Shown here piece after piece: positions 30,429 to 32,584 of a DNA stretch of 32,584 nucleotides; position 1 is the first letter of the stretch; each line of letters begins with the position of its first letter. Source of the stretch: a virus (lineage: Duplodnaviria > Heunggongvirae > Uroviricota > Caudoviricetes); the IMG/VR virus record IMGVR_UViG_2565956616_000004. The stretch is one strand, 5' to 3'. The notes under the pieces are model-generated. The model saw only the letters and a list, made by a program, of their open reading frames with translations, was not told the DNA's origin and searched no databases. The translations under genes and the position numbers were made by a program.

Positions 30429-30496
30429 TTTTTTGAGGCTCGCGTTCTCTTTTTCAGCTCATCTACGCGCACCTGTAATTCAGCTTTCGTTGGCAT
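30356..30496 (-). CDS. Short ORF (46 aa) with a strong Shine-Dalgarno that contains a G AAA AAG slippery heptamer; likely the 5' part of a frameshift-expressed gene
   Basis: GAGGTGG Shine-Dalgarno then ATG at 30496 (MPTKAELQVRVDELKK...); slippery heptamer at 30449-30455. Confidence 0.4.
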   Translation of the reverse strand: MPTKAELQVRVDELKKRTRASKKCCRGRKGNYQANYCQKNCHQQIY

Positions 30497-31130
30497 GGTC
30501 CACCTCATGCTTTTCAGCCACCAGCGGCAATAAAGCCCTGGCCATCTTATGAACCAATAGTGCATCAATAATGCCAAGCGTATGCCCCGGCTTAATGTTT
30601 AATGCCGCCTCAAGGTGACACCTTTCCAGGTCACTTTTCTCGGCTTGTTTATGATGATCTGGTGTAATAACGTCGCCCAAAACACGGCTAATTCTTTCTC
30701 GTAATTGCTGGGTGCCAGCACACTTGATCGCTGTATCGTGGAGACGGTTAACCAGTTCGCGATAAACATGCGGCTTAATGCGGATACGTTCACCGGTGAC
30801 GCCCTTTCCTGGCGCTGGCACCGAACTATCCGGAATATCCGGATAGTTGCCAGCCTCGTAAGCTACCCGCAGCCAGTGCATGAATGTTTCAGTGGACACA
30901 CAACCACAGTCCACATCGATTTTTCCGCGTTGCTGTTCCAGCCAATGCTCAAAATTCAATCTACACGTATTACTTTCATGTTGCTCTTTTTGTCTCAAGG
31001 CCAGCATCTGCTGGGCTATTTCCAATACTTCATCTGCCGTATATCCAGCACCGTGACCATACATTTCGATACGGGAAATAATCTCTGATATGCGCTCTTC
31101 AGTGATTCTGGTCATTTCTTTTTGCGCCAT
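30480..31130 (-). CDS. Hypothetical 216-aa protein
   Basis: ATG at 31130; no recognised motif; overlaps the next gene's start. Confidence 0.55.
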   Translation of the reverse strand: MAQKEMTRITEERISEIISRIEMYGHGAGYTADEVLEIAQQMLALRQKEQHESNTCRLNFEHWLEQQRGKIDVDCGCVSTETFMHWLRVAYEAGNYPDIPDSSVPAPGKGVTGERIRIKPHVYRELVNRLHDTAIKCAGTQQLRERISRVLGDVITPDHHKQAEKSDLERCHLEAALNIKPGHTLGIIDALLVHKMARALLPLVAEKHEVDHANES

Positions 31131-31486
31131 TTCTTTTCACATTCCTTAGTCCATTCTTCAATGTTCATTTTGGCAATATCAGTCATTCCATCACCTAAGA
31201 AATACTTTTTCCGGTATGTCTTGCACTTAAACCACACTACAACAGCCACCAGCCAGAAAATAAAAGGCCATACAGCAATACCAACGACAGCCGCGATAAA
31301 GCCCAATAGCCATAAATGAAGCTCTCCAACTTCTGTTTCCGGCAATATTCTTAAAGAATTAAACAGCAGGATGAACGAATGGTCGTATGCATTGGCAGTA
31401 TAAGACATGCAATCCATATAATTAAAGTCATAGCCTGCGGCTGCCGCCCATAATGGGCGGTCAAGAAAATGTTTTAGTGTCATCAT
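31112..31486 (-). CDS. Small membrane protein (124 aa) with a Lys-rich C-terminus
   Basis: ATG at 31486; central hydrophobic helices (LWLLGFIAAVVGIAVWPFIFWLVAVVVWF). Confidence 0.5.
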   Translation of the reverse strand: MMTLKHFLDRPLWAAAAGYDFNYMDCMSYTANAYDHSFILLFNSLRILPETEVGELHLWLLGFIAAVVGIAVWPFIFWLVAVVVWFKCKTYRKKYFLGDGMTDIAKMNIEEWTKECEKKWRKKK

Positions 31487-31492
31487 ATAAAT

Positions 31493-31786
31493 TTAAGGTT
31501 CAGACCAGTTATCTTCAATAGCAATGCTTAATCTTTGTAGCCATTCTGCTAATTTCAGCATTGCTTCTCTTTCGCTTAAACCACGAGGAAAATCATCAAG
31601 CGAAATTGTTGGCTTGAATCCCCCGCAATTATCCATTTCAACTGTCAGATTTTGTTCCAGCACGGTATTTCTTACGCGGCTATTGTGCCGGAGCAAATAT
31701 ACTGAGCGTGATTTATTGGTTTTGTGGTCTAGCTTATATTCGGTAAGTATCATCTGGCTTTTGCCATGATTATTACCTCTCCACAT
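31493..31786 (-). CDS. Hypothetical protein of about 97 aa
   Basis: Start taken at ATG 31786 (MWRGNNHGK...) with a GAGGT Shine-Dalgarno 5 nt upstream, rather than the TTG at 31882 used by the ORF track. Confidence 0.45.
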   Translation of the reverse strand: MWRGNNHGKSQMILTEYKLDHKTNKSRSVYLLRHNSRVRNTVLEQNLTVEMDNCGGFKPTISLDDFPRGLSEREAMLKLAEWLQRLSIAIEDNWSEP

Positions 31787-31793
31787 ACTTACC

Positions 31794-31916
31794 TCACTTA
31801 ATAAAACAACTCCATGCGTAGTTGATGATTTTTTCCCACGTAATATAAATCTGCGCTCCGGCAGTAAAACCAAAGCCAACAATTGCTGAAAAAATCAAAA
31901 CATTTACTTTTGACAT
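31794..31916 (-). CDS. Possible 40-aa hydrophobic peptide
   Basis: ATG at 31916 (MSKVNVLIFSAIVGFGFTAGAQ...); its stop overlaps the Shine-Dalgarno of the downstream gene. Very tentative. Confidence 0.25.
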   Translation of the reverse strand: MSKVNVLIFSAIVGFGFTAGAQIYITWEKIINYAWSCFIK

Positions 31917-31964
31917 TATAAATTTTCTCTCGGTGTCGTAGGTGATAGCACCATAATTGATAAT

Positions 31965-32566
31965 TTAGTGAGTTAGCAGTTCCATTTTTTTGATGATTTC
32001 CGCATGAGCATCATCGTTATCAACACTTAGCTCGTTTAATGCTTCTCGCACTACATCAACTTCTTCAGGCTGAAAGAAGTCGTCGCGGTAATCACCAAAT
32101 AGAACCGAAACCAGCCTGCCACCAGCAACATCAAGATTGGCGCTAACAGGTGGCTCTTTGCCATCCTCAAATTCGACTAGTTGCCATTCACAAGGTCAGC
32201 TCGAACATATAGCGTGTCATCATGGTGCTGATTGTGGCTGCACCACGTTAATTCGCTTAACTCGCCATCTTCTGGCCATACTCCAGCCGTTTGCAGCCAG
32301 ATATGGGCTGGCGCATCTTGGCAAGGTGTATTAACTGGCAACTTGTAAGTTTGGCTTACAGGTTGGCTACCCTGAAGCATGGCAGCGTGGCAGGCATCCT
32401 CTACGCCTTTAACTGCATCTGCGCAGTAGTTATAGCGATTGCATTCCACTAACTTCTGCTTGAGATTTTCAATTGCTTGCGCGACATCATCCTGTATTTC
32501 CGGAACTGGCGGAACGGCTGTCTGCTGCTCTCGAACGTCATTAGTCGCTATCGGTTCTGCTGCCAA
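31965..32566 (-). pseudogene. Possible frameshifted gene: a 129-aa ORF (32177-32566) followed by a start-less 77-codon ORF in the -1 frame (31965-32195)
   Basis: The downstream reading frame (…EFEDGKEPPVSANLDVAGGRLVSVLFGDYRDDFFQPEEVDVVREALNELSVDNDDAHAEIIKKMELLTH) has no plausible start codon and overlaps the upstream ORF end by 19 nt; no slippery heptamer at the junction. Confidence 0.3.
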
Positions 32567-32584
32567 CTGACTGGCATATTTGTT

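Overview
The window reads as a contiguous stretch of a P1-like temperate phage or phage-plasmid, with one compact foreign gene that is the best candidate for a new system. Recognisable backbone genes are Cre, Ref, Coi, C1, PacB, PacA with its pac hexamer cluster, Phd/Doc, HumD with a LexA box, Hot, Ssb, a SAR endolysin, and a 2255-aa methyltransferase-helicase DarB. The left edge carries the 5' end of an IS200/IS605-family tnpB. The main finding is a markedly AT-rich gene at 17462-18766 (minus strand) encoding a 434-aa SIR2-family protein with GTGFS, TTNYD and HVHGS motifs and an unassigned C-terminal domain. It sits between the darB-side genes and the ref-proximal gene, where, as I recall the P1 map, P1 carries its type III res/mod genes. 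I propose it as a candidate NAD-depleting anti-phage defence gene, possibly working with the adjacent 214-aa gene. Secondary observations are an ATPase-dead PacB paralogue, a candidate -1 frameshift site (G AAA AAG), an intrinsic terminator 5 bp before the ref start codon, a split gene near the right edge, and no canonical loxP next to cre. All calls rest on reading the sequence and on recalled family motifs and P1 gene order; no database search or computation was run. No rRNA, tRNA or CRISPR array was recognised.
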